Source of the DNA: a virus
Reading direction: 5' to 3' (one strand)
DNA: 64,000 bases
IMG/VR virus record: IMGVR_UViG_3300042315_000201
A program made the position numbers and the translations under genes. Every line of letters starts with the position of its first letter. Position 1 is the stretch's first letter. Under the pieces are notes generated by a model. The model saw nothing but the letters and a program-made list of their open reading frames with translations, made no database searches and was not told the DNA's origin. This document shows, piece after piece, positions 17,501-26,288 of the stretch.

Positions 17501-20500
17501 AATTAAAGACTCTGCTTTACTAAATTTAGTAGTGTCTTTAACAAATTTTGACGGGTCATTAACTATATCGTAATCAGATTTTTGATCCCAATCATTGCCT
17601 AATTGAAAAAATAGCCTTTCGATTACACGCCTATTATCACCATTCTTACCCGCAGATATAGAGGTTATACGACTATATACATACATATTGCCTTCAATTT
17701 CAGGAACATTTAATAATTGTCCAACATTTCTACCTTTATACGTAAATGATCCACTGCCTTGTATATGAATAACGTCTTTGCCTGCATTTATTTGTCCAAG
17801 CGCTTTGCTTGTTATTGGCTTACTAGGCCCATTTTTTTCTTTTTTAACATTATCCCATACTTCCTTAGTAACAATTAAAGAATTAGGATTTTTACTTATA
17901 TTATTTTTTATCAAATAATCTAGTGTAGCTTTTCTTATTTCGCTATTAAGCATTGCTTCTTTAAAATCAGCATCTCCATCAAACCCTTTTGTTAACGATA
18001 TATTTTTACCTAATATGTTCACATTAGAGGTGCTTCCGTGGGGAGCGTATTTATCGCTTTTTAACTCTGCTATTATAGCTCTGCCGTCTTTGCCTATTTT
18101 ATATACTAAATCTGGATTTTTACTATTAAATTTATCTGGTATTCTTTCGTTTAAAATAAACTCAGGGTTGTTTTTAGAAAAATTTCTTAATTTTGTATAT
18201 GTTTCTGCTTCAAATTTAACGCCCTCATTTGATTCCCATACCCTTTTATATTCTTCTGGTAAGTTGGCAACTTTTCTTCTCCATTCCTTTTTAAAATCAG
18301 CATAATTAATTTTATCTTTATCCCCAAGCGATTTGTAAAAGGCAATCAATTCTGGAGAATTAAAATCCCATTGATTTTCTTTTAGTAAAAATAACATTGA
18401 GTTTGTTGTGCCTGCTTTTGAAAATTTAACATTTCCTCTTTCCACTTGGTTGGTAAACGTTGTAGTTAAAACATCATTAATTTGCACGCCTAATCTTTCT
18501 TGGTTTGCTGCAAAAGCTTGAAAAATAGGGCCTTGCAATTTAAAGTCGTTTAAGATAACGTCAAACGCTATTTCTTCAGCCATAGCTTTAGATCCGGATT
18601 CTTTTCTGCCTCTAATAGGATTACCGTCTGGCCCAATAAATTGCCCTAAGAAATCTACATCAGAAACATTATTAAATACATTAGGTATTCTTCTTACTAA
18701 TTCAGCGCCGGATGTTCTTCCAGCAAGGTCGGTAGACATTGTTTCTCTATCTATCTTTTGACCAACCCAAGTAGGAAAACTAACCCATTGTCCATTTACC
18801 TTCTTTTGTATTGCTTGCGGGATTCCGCCTTGACCATCTTTACCCATTAACCAAGTTGTAGTCATATTCTCAAGAATATAACGCTTAGTTCTTAAAAGTT
18901 CTTTTCTAAATACACCGTCTTTTTTACCGCCTAACATTGTTTTTATATCAATGTCAAGTTGTTTACCTATCTCGTCTCTAATCTCCGCAATTAATGGAGT
19001 TACCGTTCGGTTCAACGTAACAGGAGCGTCTATCCTTGATTTTAATGTTCTAACGATTGGTAATATCTTCTTATTAGCTGTTTCTAACACGTCTGGGGCT
19101 AAAACTTTTGATTCTAATGCGTTTTTATATGTTGGTTTTTCAGCAACTCTTTCGGTCATATTTTGATCCGCTGTTTCTGTTGCTGCAACATTCACTTCTT
19201 CTGAAACGTCACTAGTAAATTCTTTATCCAATATACGTCTAGAAGCCGTGATAGCTCTTACCGGTAAATACTTATTAATATAAGCAGCTAATGGGACACC
19301 CTCTTCAGGGTCATACTTCATTATTAAATCTAGTATACCGCCTTTTCCGTTTTCTATTTCATAAGTTAAGTCTGGCTCTGAAAACCCTGGTGCATCTCTA
19401 CGTTTATCTACGATGCGTGCTGTAATTGGTTTAAATAGTTTCATTATTTCTAATGATCCTTCCGCTCCTTTTTTATCATATATTTCTTGTACCTTGTCAG
19501 AAGATATTTTACCCTTATTTTCTTTTATTATTTCTTTAACAGACGACTCTTCTGATACTTCTTTTTTAGGTTTTTCAACTACGGTAGTAGGTTCAGCTTT
19601 AGCGGCTAACTTGGTTTCAGCTTTTATTTTTGTTTCAAGATTGCTTTTAGTATTTTTATAATCACCCTCTTCCATGTCGCCATAGCCCTCGTCATATTCT
19701 TCTTCTAAAGCCGCTAATTGCTCTTTTAATTCCTCAATTTTTGTTTTTGAAGACTTAGGACCGGTTACCGCAGGTTTTGCGCCTTCTTCATCCTCATCTG
19801 AAAATTTACCGCTTAATTGGTCAATATTATATTTATTTTTACCTCCAAAATGAGCTGTTTTATTAAAGTTTCTTACAAACTGATAAACATCAGCTCCTTC
19901 GGATTCTTTAAACTGTAAATCCTCTTTTAAGTATTTATTAACAAAGCTTCTTAATTGATTTAATGTATCAGGCTTTAATTTTCTACCATCAGCAGCTAAA
20001 TCAGATACGGCATTTAAAACTTCAATGTTATACGAAGAATCCTTTATTAACTCTCCGTTTTCATCATAAACTCTTTCCCCTTTTTTATTCTTTTTTGCAT
20101 AGCTACTATCAAGACGTTCTTTAACTAAAGCATATAAATCCGCGTCTTTATTTTGTATATATGATAATAGTTTTTCACCTTGTTGAGCGGTTGCTTTATC
20201 TGATTTAAGTCCTTTGTCTACAATTACGTGCAAGAGTTCATGAGAACCAATTCCTGTTCTAAGCCCCTCAGCAGACTTATTTAAGTCTATTACGATTTTA
20301 GATCTGCCATCAATAGTAAGTTTTTGAGCATCAACATCTCCGCTTTTAATATCTGCTAATGTTTCTTTTCTTTCAGTAGGAGTATTAGATTGATACTCAT
20401 CACTTGCTAAATAAGAAGCCTCTAGCCTTTTTATATTTTCACTAGGAGTACCCTCAAGAACGTCAAAATCAACTTCGATACCTTCATTAACAGCATGTAG

Positions 20501-23482
20501 TTTAGAGTTTTCAATTCCTTTATTAATCTTGCCTTTGTATACATTAGTAACCCAGTCAAGCCTAGTTTTTTCTAATAATTCTTTTTCAGAAACATTCTCT
20601 TTGCCTTCCTTAGTAAATTCCTCTTTAGCTTTTAATTGCAAAGCTAGTTTTTCTTTAAAGCCTAATGCGCTAAAGTCATTCACAACTCCTTGAAGGCTTT
20701 CGGAAGCCATCCTACTGCTGTATGTTTTATAACCTAATGTGCTATCAAATTTTACATTACGAGCCGTTGCAATTTTACCATTAGTTTCTTTAATAATAGG
20801 ATCATTTAATATAACTTCTTTCTTTTCTATAAGTTCATTAAATTCTTTTCTATATTCGTCTTGTATTTCTTTCAGCTGAGCAGGAGCAACATCAGGGTTT
20901 GATGCAACAGCCCTAAAATCTTTATTAATATCTCTAATTTGTCTATTAATATCGCCTACTGTTTTTAATTGATCTAGCGTTAATCCTTTGCTTAACCTAT
21001 CATCAATTCCTTCGTATATATTCTCTTTTCTAGCGGTAAGCTTATCTACTAGCCCCTGTACTTCATTGGTTAACCTACCTAATGGTAATTTTTGGTTTAA
21101 CGCATAACCCGGTACTCCTGTTATTTTTGCAATTTTATTTACAATATCACTCATTTCACGTTGCTCCTTTTTAGAAGCTACTTCGCTTCTGTAAGCTTGC
21201 TTAACAACGGAACCACTTGGCAAAGAAGCTAATCCCCCACCAACTAAACCTCCTTGAGCATAAGTTTCTGTAAAACCATCAAACCAGTTTTTATTTTCAT
21301 TTAGTAATAATATATCCGTAAGATTATTCATTGCGGTAGTTGCTACCTCTGATAAGCCTTCTTTATTAAAACTTTTTACCATATTTTTAGCAGCCCACTC
21401 TGCACCTTCTTTTAAAGACTTTTTAGGCAATTGCTTCATACCTTGGGATACACCCTTGATAAGAGGCATTGTACCTAGCTTCTCAAAAATAACTTCAGCC
21501 GCTCCAGCTAAAACTCCAGACGTTAATTTTTTCCATTCTGGTATACCCAGTATCTCTTTATCTTTATTGATTTGCTTCTGCAATTGAGATTGCTCAGTTG
21601 GATCCGTTGAGGCATCAATAGCATCCATATTCTCTTTCAACCTAGCTAAGGCCTCTTCTTCGTTAGCCATGAATTGGTCGGCTTTACCTCCATATCCACT
21701 AAGGAAAAACAACGGCAAAGCGGCAGGACCGGTTAAAGCCATGCTTAATGATGGAACGGCATTAACCGCAGAGCTAACTAGCCAACGACCTGCGTCAGTA
21801 ACTGAATTAATGTCTTCTACACCTATTGCTTTTTGATATGTTTCTTTTTCTTTTCTTAATTCCTTAGCTAATTCATATACGCCAAATACGTCTCTTTTTC
21901 TAAACGCGTCCATCTCTGTATAATCTTGGCCTAATTCATCAACCCCTGCAACCTCATCAACACCTGTAATTATATTACCAGCTGTTTCAGAAATTGATAA
22001 AGCTACGCTTGTTCCTAGCTGTTTAAAGTTGGTTACTAATTCTTCTAGACTATTGTAATTTGCGCTAAAATTAGTTATAGCAGGCGCTAAAAAGTTTTTA
22101 TTTTCTTTATCGTATTTTTCTATGCCAAGTATTTCATCTTGTAAATAGTTTTGCTTATTAAGAAGATCTATCTGATTTCTTTTCAAAAGCGCTAATCCTT
22201 CTTCTGTAGGATTTTTTTTGTAATCCTGTTTATTTTTTTCAAACAGTTTGCTAGCCTCGTTAAAGGTATTTACATCGGATTTAAGGTTGTATTTCTTTAC
22301 TACACCCTCTCGTTGATATTCGTTGGTTAATATTTCAAAAGCTTTTCTTTCGTCTTTGCTTAATGAAGATGCATACTTAGCCGCTGCTTTTTCTGTGTAA
22401 TCTTTTTTACGAGAAGCGTCATACATCATAAGCTCTCCTCTAGACGGCTCAGGCACTACACCTGTTTTTCTCCACTCCTTATATCTTTTAAATTCTAATG
22501 GTGTTTTAAAATCATATTCTTCGGGCTCAGCGCCTAAGCCTGTAGCGGCTACTTCACCTTTATATTTATTTTTTTCAGCTATAGCATTCCTAAAAGAACT
22601 ATCTAAATTTTTCTTCCATTCAGTTGTTAATGCTTCGTTGTTAAACTCAGTGGGGGTTATGGACTTTCTAAATTTTGAATATTCTGGTCCTAGTTGTTGT
22701 TTAACGCTTTGTGCATAATCGTCTACTTTATATTGTGATATATAATCTTGTAGTCTTTGATACGCGTCTTCGTCATCAATATTGAAGTTCATAGGTACAT
22801 CAAGATTTGACTTATCAGCGTTTGGTTTATATCCTATTGGCCGTACTTCAAGTCCGCCGCCAACTACAAATTCTTTAAACTCTAATCCAAGTCTTCCGTA
22901 CTTCTTATTTAAGTTAGCAACAACTTGAGAGTCATTACCCTTAAGCTCTTTCTTTTGTAGAACGTCAGGGTTTTTAATACTGTTTTCTATATCTAAATTC
23001 TCTTCACTTCTAGCCCATCTTTGCTCAGTAACTCTTTGCTCTTTTTTCTTTAACGCAATAGCTTCCTCGTTCTTTTTAACAGACTCAGTTTTATATTCTT
23101 CACTTTGCCCCGCTTTTGAAAAATCAAAGGGTTCACCTTCGCTTTCTAAATTTGCACCAAAATCAGTTACTCCGGATATTTTTTCTATATTTATATATGG
23201 AGTATTTTGTTTAGCCGATGCTTTTTTAACGGGTGCTTCCTGTTCTTCATCATAAAACGCACTTGTTGTGCCACTTTTTTGAGTGCCCCATGCCTTATCA
23301 ACTTCTTTTTGAGTTGGTTTAGTTTTTGAAGCAGTAGGTTCAGTTTTCTTTTTTTGCTTAGGCCTTAACTTTAAACCTTGCTTTTTAACGTATTCATCGG
23401 TAGTTAATCCTTTTTGTAAAGCCAGTGTTCTTACTTCGTCTTCTGGCAACGCGGTCCCGTTTGGGAGTAGGTATTCAAACAT
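14504..23482 (-). CDS. giant polyvalent internal virion/ejection protein (2992 aa)
   Basis: Last gene of the late operon; Gly/Ala-rich hydrophobic stretches; embedded HELLH, sigma2-like, PD-ExK and HAD (FDFDDT..LTAR..K..SDD) motifs. Confidence 0.8.
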   Translation of the reverse strand: MFEYLLPNGTALPEDEVRTLALQKGLTTDEYVKKQGLKLRPKQKKKTEPTASKTKPTQKEVDKAWGTQKSGTTSAFYDEEQEAPVKKASAKQNTPYINIEKISGVTDFGANLESEGEPFDFSKAGQSEEYKTESVKKNEEAIALKKKEQRVTEQRWARSEENLDIENSIKNPDVLQKKELKGNDSQVVANLNKKYGRLGLEFKEFVVGGGLEVRPIGYKPNADKSNLDVPMNFNIDDEDAYQRLQDYISQYKVDDYAQSVKQQLGPEYSKFRKSITPTEFNNEALTTEWKKNLDSSFRNAIAEKNKYKGEVAATGLGAEPEEYDFKTPLEFKRYKEWRKTGVVPEPSRGELMMYDASRKKDYTEKAAAKYASSLSKDERKAFEILTNEYQREGVVKKYNLKSDVNTFNEASKLFEKNKQDYKKNPTEEGLALLKRNQIDLLNKQNYLQDEILGIEKYDKENKNFLAPAITNFSANYNSLEELVTNFKQLGTSVALSISETAGNIITGVDEVAGVDELGQDYTEMDAFRKRDVFGVYELAKELRKEKETYQKAIGVEDINSVTDAGRWLVSSAVNAVPSLSMALTGPAALPLFFLSGYGGKADQFMANEEEALARLKENMDAIDASTDPTEQSQLQKQINKDKEILGIPEWKKLTSGVLAGAAEVIFEKLGTMPLIKGVSQGMKQLPKKSLKEGAEWAAKNMVKSFNKEGLSEVATTAMNNLTDILLLNENKNWFDGFTETYAQGGLVGGGLASLPSGSVVKQAYRSEVASKKEQREMSDIVNKIAKITGVPGYALNQKLPLGRLTNEVQGLVDKLTARKENIYEGIDDRLSKGLTLDQLKTVGDINRQIRDINKDFRAVASNPDVAPAQLKEIQDEYRKEFNELIEKKEVILNDPIIKETNGKIATARNVKFDSTLGYKTYSSRMASESLQGVVNDFSALGFKEKLALQLKAKEEFTKEGKENVSEKELLEKTRLDWVTNVYKGKINKGIENSKLHAVNEGIEVDFDVLEGTPSENIKRLEASYLASDEYQSNTPTERKETLADIKSGDVDAQKLTIDGRSKIVIDLNKSAEGLRTGIGSHELLHVIVDKGLKSDKATAQQGEKLLSYIQNKDADLYALVKERLDSSYAKKNKKGERVYDENGELIKDSSYNIEVLNAVSDLAADGRKLKPDTLNQLRSFVNKYLKEDLQFKESEGADVYQFVRNFNKTAHFGGKNKYNIDQLSGKFSDEDEEGAKPAVTGPKSSKTKIEELKEQLAALEEEYDEGYGDMEEGDYKNTKSNLETKIKAETKLAAKAEPTTVVEKPKKEVSEESSVKEIIKENKGKISSDKVQEIYDKKGAEGSLEIMKLFKPITARIVDKRRDAPGFSEPDLTYEIENGKGGILDLIMKYDPEEGVPLAAYINKYLPVRAITASRRILDKEFTSDVSEEVNVAATETADQNMTERVAEKPTYKNALESKVLAPDVLETANKKILPIVRTLKSRIDAPVTLNRTVTPLIAEIRDEIGKQLDIDIKTMLGGKKDGVFRKELLRTKRYILENMTTTWLMGKDGQGGIPQAIQKKVNGQWVSFPTWVGQKIDRETMSTDLAGRTSGAELVRRIPNVFNNVSDVDFLGQFIGPDGNPIRGRKESGSKAMAEEIAFDVILNDFKLQGPIFQAFAANQERLGVQINDVLTTTFTNQVERGNVKFSKAGTTNSMLFLLKENQWDFNSPELIAFYKSLGDKDKINYADFKKEWRRKVANLPEEYKRVWESNEGVKFEAETYTKLRNFSKNNPEFILNERIPDKFNSKNPDLVYKIGKDGRAIIAELKSDKYAPHGSTSNVNILGKNISLTKGFDGDADFKEAMLNSEIRKATLDYLIKNNISKNPNSLIVTKEVWDNVKKEKNGPSKPITSKALGQINAGKDVIHIQGSGSFTYKGRNVGQLLNVPEIEGNMYVYSRITSISAGKNGDNRRVIERLFFQLGNDWDQKSDYDIVNDPSKFVKDTTKFSKAESLITSEYWEKATQNNININAVSTSSKLSKTAKGISVFDFDDTVGLTKGSVLYTMPDGSKGKLNAEEFAKDGSILLENGAEFDFSEFSKVVGGKPGPMVEKMKKMIGKFGPDNFFILTARPANAAGPIHEFLSSIGIDIPLENITGLGNSTAQAKANWMTGKATEGYNDFYFSDDAIQNVKAVKDALDVLDVKSKIQQARLKFSKSLNSRFNDILQENVGLDPNENFSDILAKRKGTAIGKYRFFVPPSAADFELLLYDFLGRGKIGERQYKFFTKALLEPYSNGIALIDAAKQSIKNDYTALKKAFPDVNKNLGKLTPDGNFTYDQAIRVSMWNSMGVEIPGLDKSDITAMVNFVNNDASLSAYKAGLIATGRQGTGWIEPTEYWDAETIISDLHNITEKLGRKKYLAEFIDNSKEIFTPENLNRIEVIYGSNFREALEDSIYRMTNGTNRESGTNRLNAAWLNWINNSTAAIMFFNTKSALLQTVGSINYLNWRENNPLNAALAFANQPQYWKDFAMIFNSDKIKERRSGLKEDVTSAEIANAAEGSKNKASAVISYLLKKGFMPTQIADSFAIGIGGASFYRNKVNAYLKQGMELDEAGAQAWKDFSKVTDETQQSGDPRDISQQQASTAGRLVLAFQNTPMQQARLIKKSALDLINGRGDAKTHISKIVYYTAVQNIIFGGLQSALFTVLFDDDDDEEDKKKKTAKDKWIEIGNGTVDTLLRGSGLGGAIVATLKNVAKKYFEEKEKGFKADYGKVLIEAANIAPPLGSKFQKAFGAMRTAEFEKDVIKERGWSVTANGKLNLSPSYSVLGQVVEAGTNLPVNRLVTKVNNVSEALDSRNKSWQRIAMGLGYKPYAVGAKNEESDIIKANAKLGRKTVGIQKMKETRTMTRDSLNKLSPEDFKAYVLKKKTERLAVKDSINKLPKAQLDKYLAEKEASKLFTSKQKEVLKEIKRDSINNLSESEFENYLEALRKETEIKRINRILAKEEKEKKRNIYK

Positions 23483-23520
23483 TGTATATTGTTTAAATTG
23501 TTTATAATTATTATTTATAG

Positions 23521-24783
23521 TTAGCTATTTGCAGCTATATGAGCCACTAAGGCCTTGCCGCTAAGCCCCTTCGCTTTGCCTTCTGCTTCCGCTCTTCGTT
23601 GCTTCGGGGTTAATGTTGTTGTTGGCGTATCGGTAGTATTGCCTTTTTTATCCTTTTTCTTTTTAGGATCTTCATAACGTTTAACATTAGTAGCTACTTC
23701 ATCAATTTCAAGTTGTTCTTTTTGAGATTTTTCATATAAAAAATCAAATATAGTCTTGTTTAATTTTGCTTTCTCAACCGGGTCTGCTAACGTGTTAGCG
23801 TTTATTGTTACATTGTTCATTATGTCTGCTCCAAAGGTTAGTCTTTCTTCGTCAGACCATGTAGCCATATCCTCTTCTATAGAAAATTTAAGCTTTGCTT
23901 TGCCCTCTTCGTTTAACGCAAATTTTTTATAATATGTTTTAGTAGACTCATCCCATACTAGGGAAGCTTTTGGATTTAAAAATTTCATATCTATAGATCC
24001 CGCTTTGCCTTTTGCTTCGCCTGATTTTAAATCAGATTCCTGTACATAAAGCCCGCTAGATAACTTAACGTTGTCTAAATGCTTTGCTGTATCAACTACC
24101 TCAAAAAAACCACCAAACCCTTTATCGCTCATTGCATATTCTAAATTGCCGCCTTTTAATATTGCCCCTTCATTTGGGGTGCCGTCTAGATCAATGCCAA
24201 TATCAACAGATGAAAAGTCAGGGGATATAGTAAATGAAGGTTGTATTGATTTACGGTCTTTAGTAGGCATTGAATCTAAGAAATGTTTATTCACAGCAGA
24301 CCCAAGATTAAGCTTGCTGTAAGCGCCAGCTGTACCGCCGGCTATTTTTTTTGAATCAGCAATATCTGTTAGCAATGCCAACCTATTAGCGACCGCTTGT
24401 TTTACAATACCAGCAACTCCCCGTGCGCTTGCATAAGCTGTTTTTTCAGCATCAGTAAGAAGCACGCCGTCATCAAGTTTCCTTTTTAATTTAGACACTG
24501 TATCTATACTAGCTCCAAACGTTTTATTAAGGTCTGCGGGTGACATGTTAGGAAAAGTAGTTTGCATGTCAGTTTGATACTCAACAGTATAGGCTTGTTG
24601 CTTAGCGTCAGCTAAAACTCTTTTCTTTTCTTCCTCTTCTATTTTTTTCTTTCTTTCCTTGATGGACTCAATATTTGCATCTTGAAGACCTTTAAATGTG
24701 TCCTGCATGCTCTTCTGCATATCCCTCCAATGCTGACCGCTTTGAGTATCAACCCAAGTTTGTGAATTTCCGTATTCGCTCAT
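23521..24783 (-). CDS. probable internal virion/ejection protein
   Basis: 420 aa, helical and charged; sits between the pilot-like protein and the giant protein, as in podovirus ejectosome clusters. Confidence 0.55.
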   Translation of the reverse strand: MSEYGNSQTWVDTQSGQHWRDMQKSMQDTFKGLQDANIESIKERKKKIEEEEKKRVLADAKQQAYTVEYQTDMQTTFPNMSPADLNKTFGASIDTVSKLKRKLDDGVLLTDAEKTAYASARGVAGIVKQAVANRLALLTDIADSKKIAGGTAGAYSKLNLGSAVNKHFLDSMPTKDRKSIQPSFTISPDFSSVDIGIDLDGTPNEGAILKGGNLEYAMSDKGFGGFFEVVDTAKHLDNVKLSSGLYVQESDLKSGEAKGKAGSIDMKFLNPKASLVWDESTKTYYKKFALNEEGKAKLKFSIEEDMATWSDEERLTFGADIMNNVTINANTLADPVEKAKLNKTIFDFLYEKSQKEQLEIDEVATNVKRYEDPKKKKDKKGNTTDTPTTTLTPKQRRAEAEGKAKGLSGKALVAHIAANS

Positions 24784-24901
24784 ATTATTTTAATTTTTTT
24801 GTAGCTTATTTATTTTCTGTATGCTGCCGCTTCGTCTTCTGACATACCTCCTATTACTATTGGATTAGTTGCTGTTGGATTTGGCGTCACGCTCGACGCC
24901 C

Positions 24902-25816
24902 CTACTTTTTTGCTGCAACTGCTGCTGCTCCAAATCCGCCTACAGCACTAACAACGCCTGACATCATTCCCGCGGTCGCTCCCGCCCTATCTGCATTAGC
25001 CTGAGCTTCTCTATTAGATGCACTAGACGCAACTCCAGCTACTCTATCAATTTCTCTTTGTTGTCTATCTTCTCTAGCATTAAATTGGAATTTAGCCCCT
25101 TCGCTTTCAGCTGCTTGGACTCTTTGTCCTTCTGATATACCAATGCCTTGAACCCTCTGAGCTTCTGATATACCCACATTTTGAATTCTGCCGGCTTCAC
25201 CAAATTTGGCCTCTTGGGTTCTTCCTTCTTCCGCTATTTTTAAATTTTGCAAACTCTCTTCCCCTTGCGCTCTTAACTTTTCATTAGCTGCCTCTTGTTG
25301 TTCAATACTTGCCGAAATGCCTTGTTTAGACTGTAAAGCCGCTTGCGCTAAAGCAGTTGCTCCACCGGCTCCGGCCCCAGTTTCTCTTAAAGCGTCCAAT
25401 GTGTTAGCTAAAGCCATGTCTGTTTGCTCCGCTTGAAATTTAGCCGCTTGAGTTGATACTCCTAGATTTGCATATTTATTGCTAGCCATTCCAGATCTAT
25501 CTTTTATATTTCCAGATAAGTCTTTTGCCATTCCAGATAAGTCTTTTGCCATTCCTGACAAGTCTTTAACATTCGCGTATGGATTTATAATAGCCTGTCT
25601 GGTAGCCTGTAAAAAAGCAATCTTCTTCTCTGCAGCTGCTTTTTCTGCAGCAGCTCTTCTAGCGGCTTTTTTAGCAGCATTACCACCAAATATACCGCCA
25701 ATTACACTACTCAAAACCCCTGCTCCAGCTATAACGCCGGCTCCAATTAAAGAGGCATGTTGCATAGGCTGTGGAGTATATGCTATATGCGTTAATGTAT
25801 TTAATAAAGTTAACAT
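24902..25816 (-). CDS. probable DNA-ejection/pilot protein
   Basis: Gly/Ala-rich hydrophobic N- and C-termini around a Gln/Ala coiled coil; start may be a downstream Met. Confidence 0.6.
   Translation of the reverse strand: MLTLLNTLTHIAYTPQPMQHASLIGAGVIAGAGVLSSVIGGIFGGNAAKKAARRAAAEKAAAEKKIAFLQATRQAIINPYANVKDLSGMAKDLSGMAKDLSGNIKDRSGMASNKYANLGVSTQAAKFQAEQTDMALANTLDALRETGAGAGGATALAQAALQSKQGISASIEQQEAANEKLRAQGEESLQNLKIAEEGRTQEAKFGEAGRIQNVGISEAQRVQGIGISEGQRVQAAESEGAKFQFNAREDRQQREIDRVAGVASSASNREAQANADRAGATAGMMSGVVSAVGGFGAAAVAAKK
25489..25572. repeat. 21-bp coding tandem repeat, about 4 units
   Basis: TTCCAGATAAGTCTTTTGCCA twice exactly (25510-25551) plus two degenerate units; encodes KDLSGMA repeats. 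Confidence 0.85.
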
Positions 25817-25819
25817 GTA

Positions 25820-26269
25820 TTATTTATTTAAAAGTTTATATTTCTCATAATTACTATAATAAAAACAAGATAAATTGTCTTCCAGTTCTTCTATATTAGT
25901 TGAATTTGTTGGGTTTGGGAACACGTTAACAAATATTGAATCTGTTATTGCACACAATACTCTTTTTGTTCCTGCAGGTGCTTTTACATAACAAGGACCT
26001 TCGTAAAACTCCACCCCTCTATCGGTTGCAATTTGCAGTTCTCCGGACAGTAAGAACCATACATGTTCATTTTTATGCACCCGGCCAATTACTAATCCGC
26101 CCTCTTGCATAAACATTTCTCTTATGTAGATTCCTTCTGCAAATGTATGTTTTAGAGGGAACATATCTGAATTTCCTTTTGCTATTAATTCTGAGTCAGA
26201 ATTTAACATAGCTTCTTGCAAGTCCTCAACTTTGTTTATAAACTCTTTTGTTATTAAAGCTTGATTCAT
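25820..26269 (-). CDS. cupin (RmlC-like) domain protein
   Basis: HTFAEGIYIREM...G..IG.VHKNEHVWFLLSGEL...G.KR pattern. Confidence 0.75.
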   Translation of the reverse strand: MNQALITKEFINKVEDLQEAMLNSDSELIAKGNSDMFPLKHTFAEGIYIREMFMQEGGLVIGRVHKNEHVWFLLSGELQIATDRGVEFYEGPCYVKAPAGTKRVLCAITDSIFVNVFPNPTNSTNIEELEDNLSCFYYSNYEKYKLLNK

Positions 26270-26288
26270 TTAATTTATTTGATTTTAT

